Below, in pieces: positions 28,404 through 38,194 of a DNA stretch of 64,000 nucleotides. The notes under the pieces are model-generated. The model saw only the letters and a list, made by a program, of their open reading frames with translations, did not search any database and was not told the origin of the DNA. The translations under genes were made by a program, and so were the position numbers. The first letter of the stretch is position 1. Each line of letters starts with the position of its first letter. The stretch comes from an uncultured Spirochaetota bacterium (GTDB lineage: Bacteria > Spirochaetota > Spirochaetia > SZUA-6 > Fen-1364): NCBI GenBank assembly GCA_963781885.1, contig CAWAHW010000002.1, positions 320,001 to 384,000 on the forward strand. The letters are read 5' to 3'.

Positions 28404-30934
28404 CTCAGCGCGTGCGATTCGCGGGCGATGATCTCGTCCTGCAGCTCTTTCCCCACGGTCGTGAAATAGGCGTTGTAGCCCGTCACGCGCACCAGGAGGT
28501 GGCGGTAGTTTTCCGGGTGCGCCTGCGCGTCTTTCAGCATCTCCGCGTCGATCATGTTGATCTGCAGCGCCGAGCCTCCGTTGCGGGCATAGCCGCGCAG
28601 GTATGCGGTAAGCTTCGCGCGATGCTCGGGGTCCCGCGCCATGGTGGGGTTGAAACTGATGGTGTGGCTGCCGCCATTGGGCAGAAGGTTTTCCGTGGCA
28701 AAGCGAACCCCGTCCTTCTCCGCCTCCCCGGCGAGGACCTTGCCCACGGAGTTCGCATTGGCGGTCGGGCCGTTCGTGTCCGCTCCATTGGAGGGGCACA
28801 GCGCGTTGGAGAGGAACCTGCCCTTCGGACGCCCGTCGGGGCTCGCCGCCAGGATGAAACCGTCGGAGACCCAGTAGTTCCAGCTCAGCATGCCGGGTCT
28901 GAACTGCCGGTGCGTCGAGCGCGTCCGGTATCGCCATGTCTCCGCCGTCCACAGCTCCATGACGCGCCGCGCCATGGCGTCCGCCTCGTCGTCGTCACGG
29001 CCGTACTTCGGGGCCTTGTTGACCGCCAGGGCCTGCAGCTTTTCGTGGCCGACCCAGTTGTCCGCGAGCGCGGCGACAAGCTCCTCCATGGTACAGGCGG
29101 CGCGGTCGTAGACGAGGTACTTCACGGCGAGGAGCGAATCCACCGTTGTCGCGAATGTGACGGCCTCTATCGTCACGAAGCCTATCTCCGCGCCGCCCTG
29201 GGTCACGTCGAGGCCCTTGTCGACGCAGCCGCGCACGAGGCAGGAGAGATACGGCGTCGGCGAGAACCGCGCGCGCACGGATTCGCTCGATTCGTAGAGG
29301 TCCACCAGCTTCTTCGTGATGAAGCGGTTCTGCGCGGCATATGCCGACCAGAACTGGTCGAATGTGCGGAATGCGGCAGGATCGCCGGTGTCGGGGCCGC
29401 TTCTCTTTCGGGGATCTGTTTTCCCCGTCATGGGATCGACAAAAGGCACCAGATCATGGCCGCCCGTCAGTGCCAGCTCCACCGCCTTGAGAAGATTCAG
29501 GTTCACGTCCACCGTGCCCGACCTGTCGTTGCCCGGCATCGTGTTCTCCAGGCATCCCACCGAGGCATAGTCCGCCACGTTTCGGGGCGTGATCAGCTTT
29601 TCCATGTCCGCAAGACGCGCCTCCAGGAGCATGCCCGCCTCCGAGCGCTCGTCGAAGTTGAGGAGGAACGGCGAGCCCTGGCTGCTTGCGATCATGTCGA
29701 CGAGCTTGTCCAGGAGCCTGTCCGGCGAGGCCCGATGCAGCCGCACGTTCGGCTTGGGCTCCAGGATGGGCGACATCTCATCGATCACCTCGAGAATGGC
29801 ATAGGTCAGGTCATTCGTCATATCGCTCCCGTCCGGGCCGCGGCCCGAGAGGGAGAGGAGCTGCCCGTAGCCCGCCGTGATGCCCTGGTGCGCGCCGGTG
29901 CGTATCATGGCATCATAGGCCGTGTTGCAGTGGATCCAGAAGCATTTGAGTATTTCCTTGCCGCGCTCACGGTCCATTCCCTGGGCAAGGGACCTTTGCC
30001 AGTACGGCAGGAGGTACTGGTCGATGCGGCCGAAGGACAGGCCGGGGCCCGGATAGTTCTCGTCGCTCATGACGAGCATGTGGGTGAGCCACAGGCTCTG
30101 CACGGCCTCCCAGAAAGTGCTCGCCGGGCCCCAGGGGACAAGGGCGAGGTTCCTCGCCATCTCGCTGAGCTCCCGTGCGCGCGCGGGATCCTCTGCCGTG
30201 GCAGCGAGGCCCCGGCAGACCGTCTCGTAGCGTGCGGCCAGCTCCCGGGCCGTACCGGCGGCGATGAGCATGCCCCGAAGCTGCGCGGCGCGGCTGCCGT
30301 TTTTCTCCCGGGCCGGCAGTGCGTCCAGTGCCTGCTCGATTTCGACGGTCACGCCGCGCCATCCATTCTTGAGGATGCGCGGATAATCGGGGATCAGGTG
30401 TCCGCTTGTCGCGCCGGCATTTCCGTAGCCGTGATCGTGCGCCCATTTCACTGCCTGCCGCGTGCCTGCTTGTCCCACGACCAGGCGGTCGAACTCCGCC
30501 GCTTCCTTTCGCGTCATGCACGTGGAGGTCATGACATTGAATCGCGCACCGGCGATCAGATCACCGGGCAGCAGCTCGCAGGGCACATGGCGCGTCATGA
30601 CGTCCCGCAGGAACCAGGCGCGGCGCTCCGGCAGGCTCCACGACCAGAAGTGGGGATCGAGCTCCACGCGGCGTGCGGTCTGGCGGAAAGCTGCGCGAAA
30701 AGTCGGAAAGAACGTATAGGTTTCCGGCACGATATAGAAGGTGAGCTCGTTGAACTGGAAGTCCCACGGTGTGCCGGTGGTCCACGAGGTGAACTCGTTG
30801 TTCCATGCGCGCGCCGTGCCGCGGAAATAGTAGTCGCGCAGCCAGGCGATCCGCGGCGAAAGGTTGGAAGGGGTCTTGATTGCGTGCGGGCGTTCGGAGG
30901 GCGCACGGGACGTGGCAGTGACGTTTCCGGCCAT
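28400..30934 (-). CDS. Glycyl radical enzyme, PFL superfamily, substrate unknown
   Basis: Cys loop YASVGCLENT, Gly loop LLVRVTGYNAYF, SFGRIDQYL, ASPDGR; SD GGAGGA before ATG 30934. Confidence 0.93.
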   Translation of the reverse strand: MAGNVTATSRAPSERPHAIKTPSNLSPRIAWLRDYYFRGTARAWNNEFTSWTTGTPWDFQFNELTFYIVPETYTFFPTFRAAFRQTARRVELDPHFWSWSLPERRAWFLRDVMTRHVPCELLPGDLIAGARFNVMTSTCMTRKEAAEFDRLVVGQAGTRQAVKWAHDHGYGNAGATSGHLIPDYPRILKNGWRGVTVEIEQALDALPAREKNGSRAAQLRGMLIAAGTARELAARYETVCRGLAATAEDPARARELSEMARNLALVPWGPASTFWEAVQSLWLTHMLVMSDENYPGPGLSFGRIDQYLLPYWQRSLAQGMDRERGKEILKCFWIHCNTAYDAMIRTGAHQGITAGYGQLLSLSGRGPDGSDMTNDLTYAILEVIDEMSPILEPKPNVRLHRASPDRLLDKLVDMIASSQGSPFLLNFDERSEAGMLLEARLADMEKLITPRNVADYASVGCLENTMPGNDRSGTVDVNLNLLKAVELALTGGHDLVPFVDPMTGKTDPRKRSGPDTGDPAAFRTFDQFWSAYAAQNRFITKKLVDLYESSESVRARFSPTPYLSCLVRGCVDKGLDVTQGGAEIGFVTIEAVTFATTVDSLLAVKYLVYDRAACTMEELVAALADNWVGHEKLQALAVNKAPKYGRDDDEADAMARRVMELWTAETWRYRTRSTHRQFRPGMLSWNYWVSDGFILAASPDGRPKGRFLSNALCPSNGADTNGPTANANSVGKVLAGEAEKDGVRFATENLLPNGGSHTISFNPTMARDPEHRAKLTAYLRGYARNGGSALQINMIDAEMLKDAQAHPENYRHLLVRVTGYNAYFTTVGKELQDEIIARESHALR

Positions 30935-30967
30935 GGGATGATCCTCCAGATGACGTGATTCTTTTCC

Positions 30968-30996
30968 ACTATAAACCCGCCGGCGAGAGGGCGCAA
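30968..30996 (-). promoter_or_regulatory. Sigma70-type promoter of the GRE operon
   Basis: TTGCGC-N17-TATAGT. Confidence 0.65.
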
Positions 30997-31058
30997 GAAA
31001 AAAGGGGTCCGGCGCTTGCATGCCGGTCCGTAAGGGGCGCTGTCTTGGAAGAGACATG

Positions 31059-31087
31059 TTGACCGAATGATGACGCGGGTGTACATT
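31059..31087 (+). promoter_or_regulatory. Sigma70-type promoter of copA
   Basis: TTGACC-N17-TACATT. Confidence 0.7.
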
Positions 31088-31093
31088 CTTTCT

Positions 31094-31123
31094 GTGACCC
31101 CACCCCTGGAGGGGAGGGGTCAC
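31094..31123. promoter_or_regulatory. CsoR-type operator (C-tract/G-tract palindrome)
   Basis: GTGACCCC-A-CCCCT-GG-AGGGG-A-GGGGTCAC at the predicted +1 of an operon encoding CsoR. Confidence 0.72.
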
Positions 31124-31135
31124 GGGGGGAGCGTC

Positions 31136-33634
31136 ATGAAGACCCAGGATATCACGGTCACCGGCATGACTTGCGCATCGTGCTCCGCGCGGGTGGAGAA
31201 GGTCGTCGGAAGGCTCGAAGGGGTCGCAAAAGCGAGCGTGAACCTTGCGACGGAGAAGCTGCATCTCGAGTACGACGAATCGCTCCTTGCGGCGGGCGCC
31301 GTGCGAAAGGCGGTGGAGGCGGCGGGGTACGGCCTTCGCGAAGAGGCAGCGGCGAAGCACGTGACGATCCCCATCGAAGGCATGACGTGCGCCTCGTGTG
31401 TCGCGCGCATCGAGAAGGTCGTGGGCAGACTCGACGGCGTCGCCGGGGTTTCCGTCAATCTCGCAACGGAGAGGGCGGACGTCACCTATGCTCCAGAGAC
31501 GGTCCGTCTCTCCGCCATCAAGAAGGCAATCACCGACGCGGGGTATACACCGCGGGAAATCGATGCGACCGAAACCGTGGACCAGGACGCGGCGCGCAAG
31601 GCGGCCGAGATACGCCTCCTGTGGACGAAGTTCATCGTCGCCGCCGCGGTGGCGGTGCCCCTCCTCTATCTCGCCATGGGGCACATGATCCCGGCGCTGA
31701 AGTTTCCGCTCCCGTGGTTCCTGGACCCCATGATGCATCCGCTTGCCTTCGCGCTGGTGCAGGTGGCGCTCGTGATACCTGCCATTGTCGCCGGCAATCG
31801 CTTCTATAGAGTGGGCGGCAAGGCACTCTGGCACCTGGCGCCGAACATGGATTCCCTCATCGCCATTGGAACCGCTGCCGCGGTGCTCTACAGCCTCTAT
31901 TCGACCTGGAGGATCGCGGCGGGCGACGTCTCCGCGGTGAGCAATCTCTATTTCGAGACTGCGGCGGTCATCATCGCCCTGATCACGCTGGGAAAAACGC
32001 TGGAAAGCGTCTCCAAGGGGCGCACGTCCCAGGCCATCAAGAAGCTCATGGGCCTGGCGCCGAAGACGGCGGTGGTGATCCACGACGGCGTGGAGAGCGA
32101 GATACCGATCGCCGAGGTGGAGGTGGGCGATCTCGTGCGGGTCCGTCCCGGCGGGAAGGTGCCCGTGGACGGCGACGTGGTGGATGGCTACACGTCGGTG
32201 GACGAATCGATGCTCACGGGGGAGAGCATACCCGTGGAGAAAAAGGCGGGTGACCCTGTCACCGGGGCGAGCATCAACAAGAACGGCACCATCACATTCC
32301 GCGCGACGCGTGTCGGCGGCGACACTGCCCTGGCCCAGATCATCAAGCTCGTCGAGCAGGCGCAGGGAAGCAAGGCGCCCATCGCGCGGCTCGCCGACGT
32401 CGTCTCGGGCTATTTCGTGCCCATCGTGATGCTCGTCGCGCTGGCGGCAGGCGCGGCGTGGCTCTTGAGCGGCCAGAGCGTGGCATTCAGCATGAGCATC
32501 TTCACCGCGGTGCTCGTGATCGCCTGCCCGTGCGCGCTGGGGCTTGCCACGCCCACGGCCATCATGGTGGGGACGGGCCGGGGGGCAGAGATGGGAATTC
32601 TCATCAAGGGCGGGGCGGCGCTGGAAGAGACGCACAGGATCCGCACCGTGATCCTCGACAAGACGGGCACCATCACGGAGGGAGCGCCTGTCGTCACGGA
32701 CATCGCCCTTTCAAACGGCACATCCGAAGATGCCTTGCTGCAGCTCGCGGCTTCCGCGGAGAAGGGCTCCGAGCACCCCCTGGGGGATGCAGTCGTGCAG
32801 GGCGCGGAAAGGCGGAACCTTCCGCTCCTGCCTCTGGAGAGCTTCCAGGCGCTGCCGGGTCTTGGAATCGAGGCGCGCATCGACGGCAAGGCCGTTCTCC
32901 TGGGGAACGAAAAGTTGATGGCGGAGCGGAGCATCGACCTGGGCAGCCTGCGTCCCGCCGCGGCCCTTCTGGCGGAGGCGGGGAAGACACCGATGTTCGT
33001 CGCCGTGGACCGGATGACCGCCGGCGTGATTGCCGTTGCCGATGTGCCGAAGCAGACGAGCGCGCCGGCGATCGCAGAGCTCCGCGCACTGGGCCTGGAG
33101 GTCGTCATGATCACGGGCGACAACGAGAGAACGGCGCAGGCCGTTGCGCGGCAGGTCGGCGTGGACAGGGTATACGCCGGGGTGCTGCCGCACCAGAAGG
33201 CGGAGGCGGTGAGGCGCATCCAGGCCGAGGGAGCCGGGGGCCGGGTCGCCATGGTCGGGGACGGCATCAACGACGCGGCGGCGCTGGCGCAGGCCGACAT
33301 CGGCATCGCCATCGGATCGGGCACGGACGTCGCCATCGAATCCGCCGACATCGTGCTCATGAAGAGCGACCTTTCCGACGTGGCAGGGGCCATCCGCCTG
33401 AGCCGGGCCACCATCCGCACGATCAGGCAGAATCTCTTCTGGGCTTTCTGCTACAACGTGCTGGGCATCCCGATTGCCGCGGGTGTCCTCCACCTTTTTG
33501 GAGGCCCGCTCCTGAACCCCATCTTCGCCGCCGCGGCCATGTCGCTGAGCTCGGTGTCCGTGGTGAGCAACGCCCTTCGGCTACGCCGATTCTCCGCGCA
33601 CCGGGGCATGGAGGTCGCGTATGGATCACGGTAG
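31136..33634 (+). CDS. copA: Cu(I)-translocating P1B-type ATPase
   Basis: Two GMTCASC HMA domains, TGES, CPC, DKTGT, SEHPL, GDGIND, YN and MSLSS. Confidence 0.96.
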   Translation: MKTQDITVTGMTCASCSARVEKVVGRLEGVAKASVNLATEKLHLEYDESLLAAGAVRKAVEAAGYGLREEAAAKHVTIPIEGMTCASCVARIEKVVGRLDGVAGVSVNLATERADVTYAPETVRLSAIKKAITDAGYTPREIDATETVDQDAARKAAEIRLLWTKFIVAAAVAVPLLYLAMGHMIPALKFPLPWFLDPMMHPLAFALVQVALVIPAIVAGNRFYRVGGKALWHLAPNMDSLIAIGTAAAVLYSLYSTWRIAAGDVSAVSNLYFETAAVIIALITLGKTLESVSKGRTSQAIKKLMGLAPKTAVVIHDGVESEIPIAEVEVGDLVRVRPGGKVPVDGDVVDGYTSVDESMLTGESIPVEKKAGDPVTGASINKNGTITFRATRVGGDTALAQIIKLVEQAQGSKAPIARLADVVSGYFVPIVMLVALAAGAAWLLSGQSVAFSMSIFTAVLVIACPCALGLATPTAIMVGTGRGAEMGILIKGGAALEETHRIRTVILDKTGTITEGAPVVTDIALSNGTSEDALLQLAASAEKGSEHPLGDAVVQGAERRNLPLLPLESFQALPGLGIEARIDGKAVLLGNEKLMAERSIDLGSLRPAAALLAEAGKTPMFVAVDRMTAGVIAVADVPKQTSAPAIAELRALGLEVVMITGDNERTAQAVARQVGVDRVYAGVLPHQKAEAVRRIQAEGAGGRVAMVGDGINDAAALAQADIGIAIGSGTDVAIESADIVLMKSDLSDVAGAIRLSRATIRTIRQNLFWAFCYNVLGIPIAAGVLHLFGGPLLNPIFAAAAMSLSSVSVVSNALRLRRFSAHRGMEVAYGSR

Positions 33635-33896
33635 TCATGAATCCCACAAGGCAATGGCGCTCCTGAAGACGGCCCGCGGCCAGGTGGACGGCGTGCTGCG
33701 CATGGTGGAGGAGGACCGCTATTGCATCGACGTGGCGAAACAGGTCCTGGCCACCATCGCCCTTCTGAAGAAGGCGAACATCGTGATCCTCCGCCAGCAC
33801 ATGGACACGTGCGTGAAGGACGCGATCCGCACCGACAAGGGCGCGGAAAAGATCGACGAGATTTCGATGATTCTCGAGACCTATCTGGAGAGATGA
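33621..33896 (+). CDS. csoR: Copper-sensing repressor
   Basis: [18 protein letters not shown]...HMDTCV (Cys, His, Cys ligands). Confidence 0.9.
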   Translation: MDHGSHESHKAMALLKTARGQVDGVLRMVEEDRYCIDVAKQVLATIALLKKANIVILRQHMDTCVKDAIRTDKGAEKIDEISMILETYLER

Positions 33897-33906
33897 GGAG
33901 GAACAC

Positions 33907-34071
33907 ATGGCAGCATCGACAGGGAAAGTGAAGGATCCCGTGTGCGGCATGACGATCGACGCCGCCACCGCGGCGGCAAAGCGGAGCCATGACGGGAAGG
34001 ACTACTACTTCTGCGCGCAGGGCTGCGCCCGCGCCTTCGATTCCGATCCCGCGAAATACGCGGTGAAGTAG
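33907..34071 (+). CDS. YHS/TRASH domain protein
   Basis: Not in the ORF track: MAASTGKVKDPVCGMTID...YYFCAQGCARAFDSDPAKY; SD GAGGAGG. Confidence 0.9.
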   Translation: MAASTGKVKDPVCGMTIDAATAAAKRSHDGKDYYFCAQGCARAFDSDPAKYAVK

Positions 34072-34078
34072 GTCCGCT

Positions 34079-34681
34079 CTAGCCTTTCGAGCCGATCGTG
34101 GCGAGCACGCCGCCGGCCACGATGCGCCGCTGTGACCTGATGTCCAGTCCGGCACCCGTGAAGAGGGCGGCAATCTCGGCGCGCGTGTGGATGCGCTGGT
34201 GGGCGATGATGCCTCCCGCGAGCGACGGCAGGACGCCATCGGCGAGGCAGAAGAAGCCATTCGGCCGCAGCACGCGCGCGATCTCCCGCAGGCCTGCCGC
34301 CTGGTCATGCCAGTGATGGAAAGAGACGGTGCTGAAGGCGACGTCCACGGAAGAGTCGGGGAGGGGCACCGCCTCGCCCCTTCCGACGTGGAAAGAGGCC
34401 GAAGGCGTCAGGAGCCGCGCAAGCTCGATCATGCCTTCCGCCGGGTCCACGCCCACATGATGAGCGGTCGGCCATCGCGCGGAGGCCCGCCGGAGCAACC
34501 GGCCCGTGCCGCAGCCGACATCGAGGACGCTCTCCGGCACCCGGCCGTCCAGCTGCGCCTCCACGAGATTCAGGACTGCCCGATGCACGGGGCCGAAAAA
34601 GAAGAACTGCCCGAGGGAACGTTCGTACGTGCGCGACCAGCGGTGGAACTTGTCGACGTCCTCTCTGGAAGGTGTCACCAT
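34079..34681 (-). CDS. Class I SAM-dependent methyltransferase
   Basis: VLDVGCGTG, GVDP, SFHHW, RVLRPNG. Confidence 0.9.
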   Translation of the reverse strand: MVTPSREDVDKFHRWSRTYERSLGQFFFFGPVHRAVLNLVEAQLDGRVPESVLDVGCGTGRLLRRASARWPTAHHVGVDPAEGMIELARLLTPSASFHVGRGEAVPLPDSSVDVAFSTVSFHHWHDQAAGLREIARVLRPNGFFCLADGVLPSLAGGIIAHQRIHTRAEIAALFTGAGLDIRSQRRIVAGGVLATIGSKG

Positions 34682-34725
34682 GGCGTAAAGGTACCGATTT
34701 TTGCGTTCAGCCGTCCGCCGCGCCG

Positions 34726-36758
34726 TCACGAGCCGTCATGCGGGCGAAGGACCTCGGTGCCCGGAAGATGCGCGGGGTATTCCTCGCGGATGTCCAGCGC
34801 CGCACCCAGGGTGGAGGATGCAACCCACGAAGCGGCACTGCCGTAGGAGCCCTTGCCCCCCACCAGGTGGTGCATGTAGTCCCAGTCGGTGTGATTATAT
34901 TGTTCGGGCTGGTAGCCGACGAAGTCGGGGCCGCAGTTGAGCGGCCGCTCGGGCGTGGAGATCATCTGGCCGCAGAAACCCATCAGGTCGTGCGCATAAT
35001 CCGCCCAGCAAGGCTCCGAAAGTGCCGAGGAAAGACGGAGGAAGTCCAGGGCGATCATCATCCCGTACGGATCGAGGTGATGGTGCGCGACTGACACCGT
35101 CGTTCCACCGTACGTGTGGAAGCCCATCCGCCCCAGGGGACTCTGCGCGGAGAAAGGCACGTCCCACGTGAACTGCCAGCCCAGGCAGAACGCGGCTGCT
35201 TCCCGCGCAGCTTCGATGAGCGCCGGATCCCCTGTCACGCGGTGGAGGAGCAGGAAGGCGCGCAGGAGGGCGTGCCCTGCCTCCTTGTCCGTGCACTCGG
35301 CGTCCAGCGTGTCGAAGGTGAAGCGCTGCGGCTTCACCGCGGCATTAATGAAGTAGTCCGCCGCCCGACGCGCGGCGGGCAGCCAGGATCGGTCGCCCAT
35401 GCGGATGAGCTCCGCCATGAGCCAGATGATGTAGGCGCCATTCGTGCCGCGCGCATCGAGCAACTCTCCGGTCGGCGACCAGAATCGGCCGAAATTCCCG
35501 TCGGGCAGTTGATGCGCCGCGAAGAAGTCCGCGATGCGCCGTGCGTGATCGAGCCACCTTTCATCCCGGCCGCTGCCGGCACGATCGTAGAGGAGGGCAT
35601 ACTGCTGCGCCGACTCTCCCATGCACCGGGTGGATGCCACGGCAGCAAGACCGCGGCCGGGGAAAAAGAAGCCGCCGAAGCGCCGGGCATGAATGCTGTA
35701 GTCGTCGAATGCCAGACCGCTGGGAAGCTCTCCGCCGAGCATGAATGAAGCAATCTCCCGCGCAGCCGCCGGCAGGTCGGCGTCGCGGTATTCCCGGCCC
35801 AGCCGATGGAAACTTGCCGCCGCTTCCAGGCCTTTTGCAAGGAAAGATCCGCCGAGGAAATCGCCGAAAAAGCGCTGGAGGATGGGCGGCAGGCGCAGCT
35901 CCCGCATGATGCCTGTCGCTGCGCCCTTCCGGTACAACGCGTGCGTCCGCAGCCAATGCGTTTTCAGCGCGATGAAACGATTCCAGTCGACGCCGGCCCA
36001 GAGGTCGAGTCCTTCCGGCCTGCAGCGGCGCCGCGCAGCGGCAAAGACCTCCCGATAGGGGATCCGGGAGCCCGGGGAGTGCAGGAGGATGAATGCCCTT
36101 TCGAATCGGAAGCCGGGGCCGGGTGAAACCACGCGCGGCGCGGCCCGTGCAGACCGCCGATGAGGACTCCTTTCTCCCGGTAGGACGATGGGCTTTCTTC
36201 ATACGGCGTGGCGATTTCGAGCTCCACGAAGCCCTGCCGCGACTTCGAACGGATGCTTCCGATCTCTTCCTCCGTGCGCGCGGGAAGGGAGAAGAACGCC
36301 CAGGCCCCGGCGTCCCCGGCAAGGATGGCGCAGGATGGAATCGGGCACCGGTCCTCTCGAAAGGACCATCCGACGTCCAGACCGCCGCGGGGGAACCTGC
36401 CGGCGCCTTCGTGATTGCCGTCCACCATGACCGCGGGCACCACCCATTCGGAAAAGGTACCTTCAAGCTCCACGACGCAGGGCAGACGGACAGGGGCCCG
36501 TGTGGCGAGCTCCCATACGCGATGGATCTCCAGCGCCCCGTCGGCAGCGGTGCACAGCTCGTCGCGCACCGTGCCCAAGGGTCCTTCGGCGCGCACGCCA
36601 CCGCCCTCCACGGTCACGGTGCGTGGCGGGATCCTGCCGCGCGGCGTGATCAGCTCGTAAAGGATGACGACCGCAGGTCCTTTGGCAAGATGCACGCGGA
36701 CGGCCGTGCCGTCCCGGACAGCCTCGATTCTGAAGCTCACCGGCGCCCCTCCCGACAT
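34726..36758 (-). CDS. Uncharacterised protein, probable (alpha/alpha)6 glycosidase-like enzyme; one -1 indel near 36127
   Basis: Beta-rich N-half and helical-hairpin C-half (WLDHARRIADFF, WLPAARRAADYF, LDAECTDKEAG); frames join by restoring one T in a T run. Fold is inferred. Confidence 0.6.
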
Positions 36759-36793
36759 TTTTGACCCCTTTGCCCCGCCGCCTCCGGTGCGCC

Positions 36794-38194
36794 TCAGCTC
36801 GATGATTGTCCCCGATCCTCGGACAATCCGTAGCGGGCGATCTTCTGTGCCAGGGTCTTTCGCGTGATGTGCAGCTCGCGCGCGGTCTTCGACTTGTTGC
36901 CGTCGTTGCGCGTAAGGCTGTCGGCGATCCGCCGCCTTTCGTATTCCCGGGTGATCGCTCCCAGGCCGCTTTTCAGGCCGGTGTCGGTGGGCGATGCCGT
37001 GTCTTCCCCGGGGGGCCGTATGACGCGCGGTGCTCCGGGTCGGCCCGGCGCCAAGAAGCTTTTTTCCCCCAGCAGCACGATCTGGTTCACCGTGTTCTCC
37101 AGCTCCCGGACATTGCCCGGCCAGCTCCACGCTTCCAGCGCCTTCAGGGTGTCGGCGCTCAGCGTGATCGGCGCGCGGGTATACCGTTCCTTGTACTTCG
37201 CAAGGAAATGCCCGACGAGCAGGGGGATGTCGCCCTGCCGCTCGCGCAGCGGCGAAAGGTGGAGCGACACGACGTTGAGGCGATAGAAGAGGTCCTCGCG
37301 GAACCTTCCGTCGCGGATGAGAGCCGCGAGGTCCTTGTTGGTGGCCGCGATGATGCGCGCGTCGACGCTGATCCGCTTCACGCCGCCCACCCGCTCGAAG
37401 CTGGACTCCTCGATCACGCGCAGGAGCTTCGCCTGGGTGTCCATCGACATGTCGCCGATCTCGTCCAGAAGGAGCGTGCCTCCATTGGCCAGCTCGAACT
37501 TTCCCCTCTTTCTCTCCACCGCGCCCGTGAAGGCGCCCCGCTCGTGGCCGAAGAGCTCGGAGAGCAGCAGGCTTTCGCTGAGGGCGGCGCAGTTGATGGA
37601 GATGAATTCGCCGTCTCGGCGCGCGCCGGTGAAGTGGATGTAGCGCGCAAGCACCTCCTTGCCGGTGCCGCTCTCCCCCGTGATGAGGACCGTGACCGCC
37701 GTGTCCTTCACCTTGTCGGCGGTGGCGAGCAGCGCCTGGACCGCCGGATCGCGCGTGACAAAGGTGTGGGGCACGGACCGCAGCGTGAGCTCGTCGCGGA
37801 GGAAACGGTTCTCCCGCGCGAGGGTGCGGAGCTGCAGGTTCCTGCGCACGGCGTCCAGAAGCTTCGCGTTGTCGATGGGCTTGAGGAAATAGTCCGCGGC
37901 GCCGCCCTTCATGGAGGTGATGACGCTGTCGATGCTGCCGAAGCCGGTGATGACGATCACCACGACGTCGGGCTCCTGGCGCTTCAATTCGCGCAGAAGG
38001 TCGATGCCCGAGCGCTCCCCGCGCAGGCGGATGTCGATCAGGGCAGCGTCCAGCGGGTACTTCCCCGCCGCGGCCACGGCCGCGTCGAAATCGGCTGCGC
38101 TGTGCACGGAGAATCCCTCCTTGCGGAAAAGGTTCTCCAGGCCGTGGCGGATCCCCTCTTCGTCATCCACGATCAGGATCGATGCGCCCTTCAC
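36794..38194 (-). CDS. Sigma54-dependent response regulator (NtrC family)
   Basis: Receiver ILIVDDE; GESGTGKE; ELFGHERGAFTGA; WPGNVREL; Fis-type HTH. Confidence 0.95.
   Translation of the reverse strand: MKGASILIVDDEEGIRHGLENLFRKEGFSVHSAADFDAAVAAAGKYPLDAALIDIRLRGERSGIDLLRELKRQEPDVVVIVITGFGSIDSVITSMKGGAADYFLKPIDNAKLLDAVRRNLQLRTLARENRFLRDELTLRSVPHTFVTRDPAVQALLATADKVKDTAVTVLITGESGTGKEVLARYIHFTGARRDGEFISINCAALSESLLLSELFGHERGAFTGAVERKRGKFELANGGTLLLDEIGDMSMDTQAKLLRVIEESSFERVGGVKRISVDARIIAATNKDLAALIRDGRFREDLFYRLNVVSLHLSPLRERQGDIPLLVGHFLAKYKERYTRAPITLSADTLKALEAWSWPGNVRELENTVNQIVLLGEKSFLAPGRPGAPRVIRPPGEDTASPTDTGLKSGLGAITREYERRRIADSLTRNDGNKSKTARELHITRKTLAQKIARYGLSEDRGQSSS

Noticed and set aside
28400-30934. 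Annotation as pyruvate formate-lyase
   Set aside because: Single-Cys loop rather than Cys-Cys, and the activase has a ferredoxin insert that PflA lacks.
28400-32635. 1411-aa ORF suggesting a giant GRE fusion
   Set aside because: The first roughly 567 aa are the antisense shadow of copA and the intergenic region; the real start is ATG 30934 with SD and promoter.
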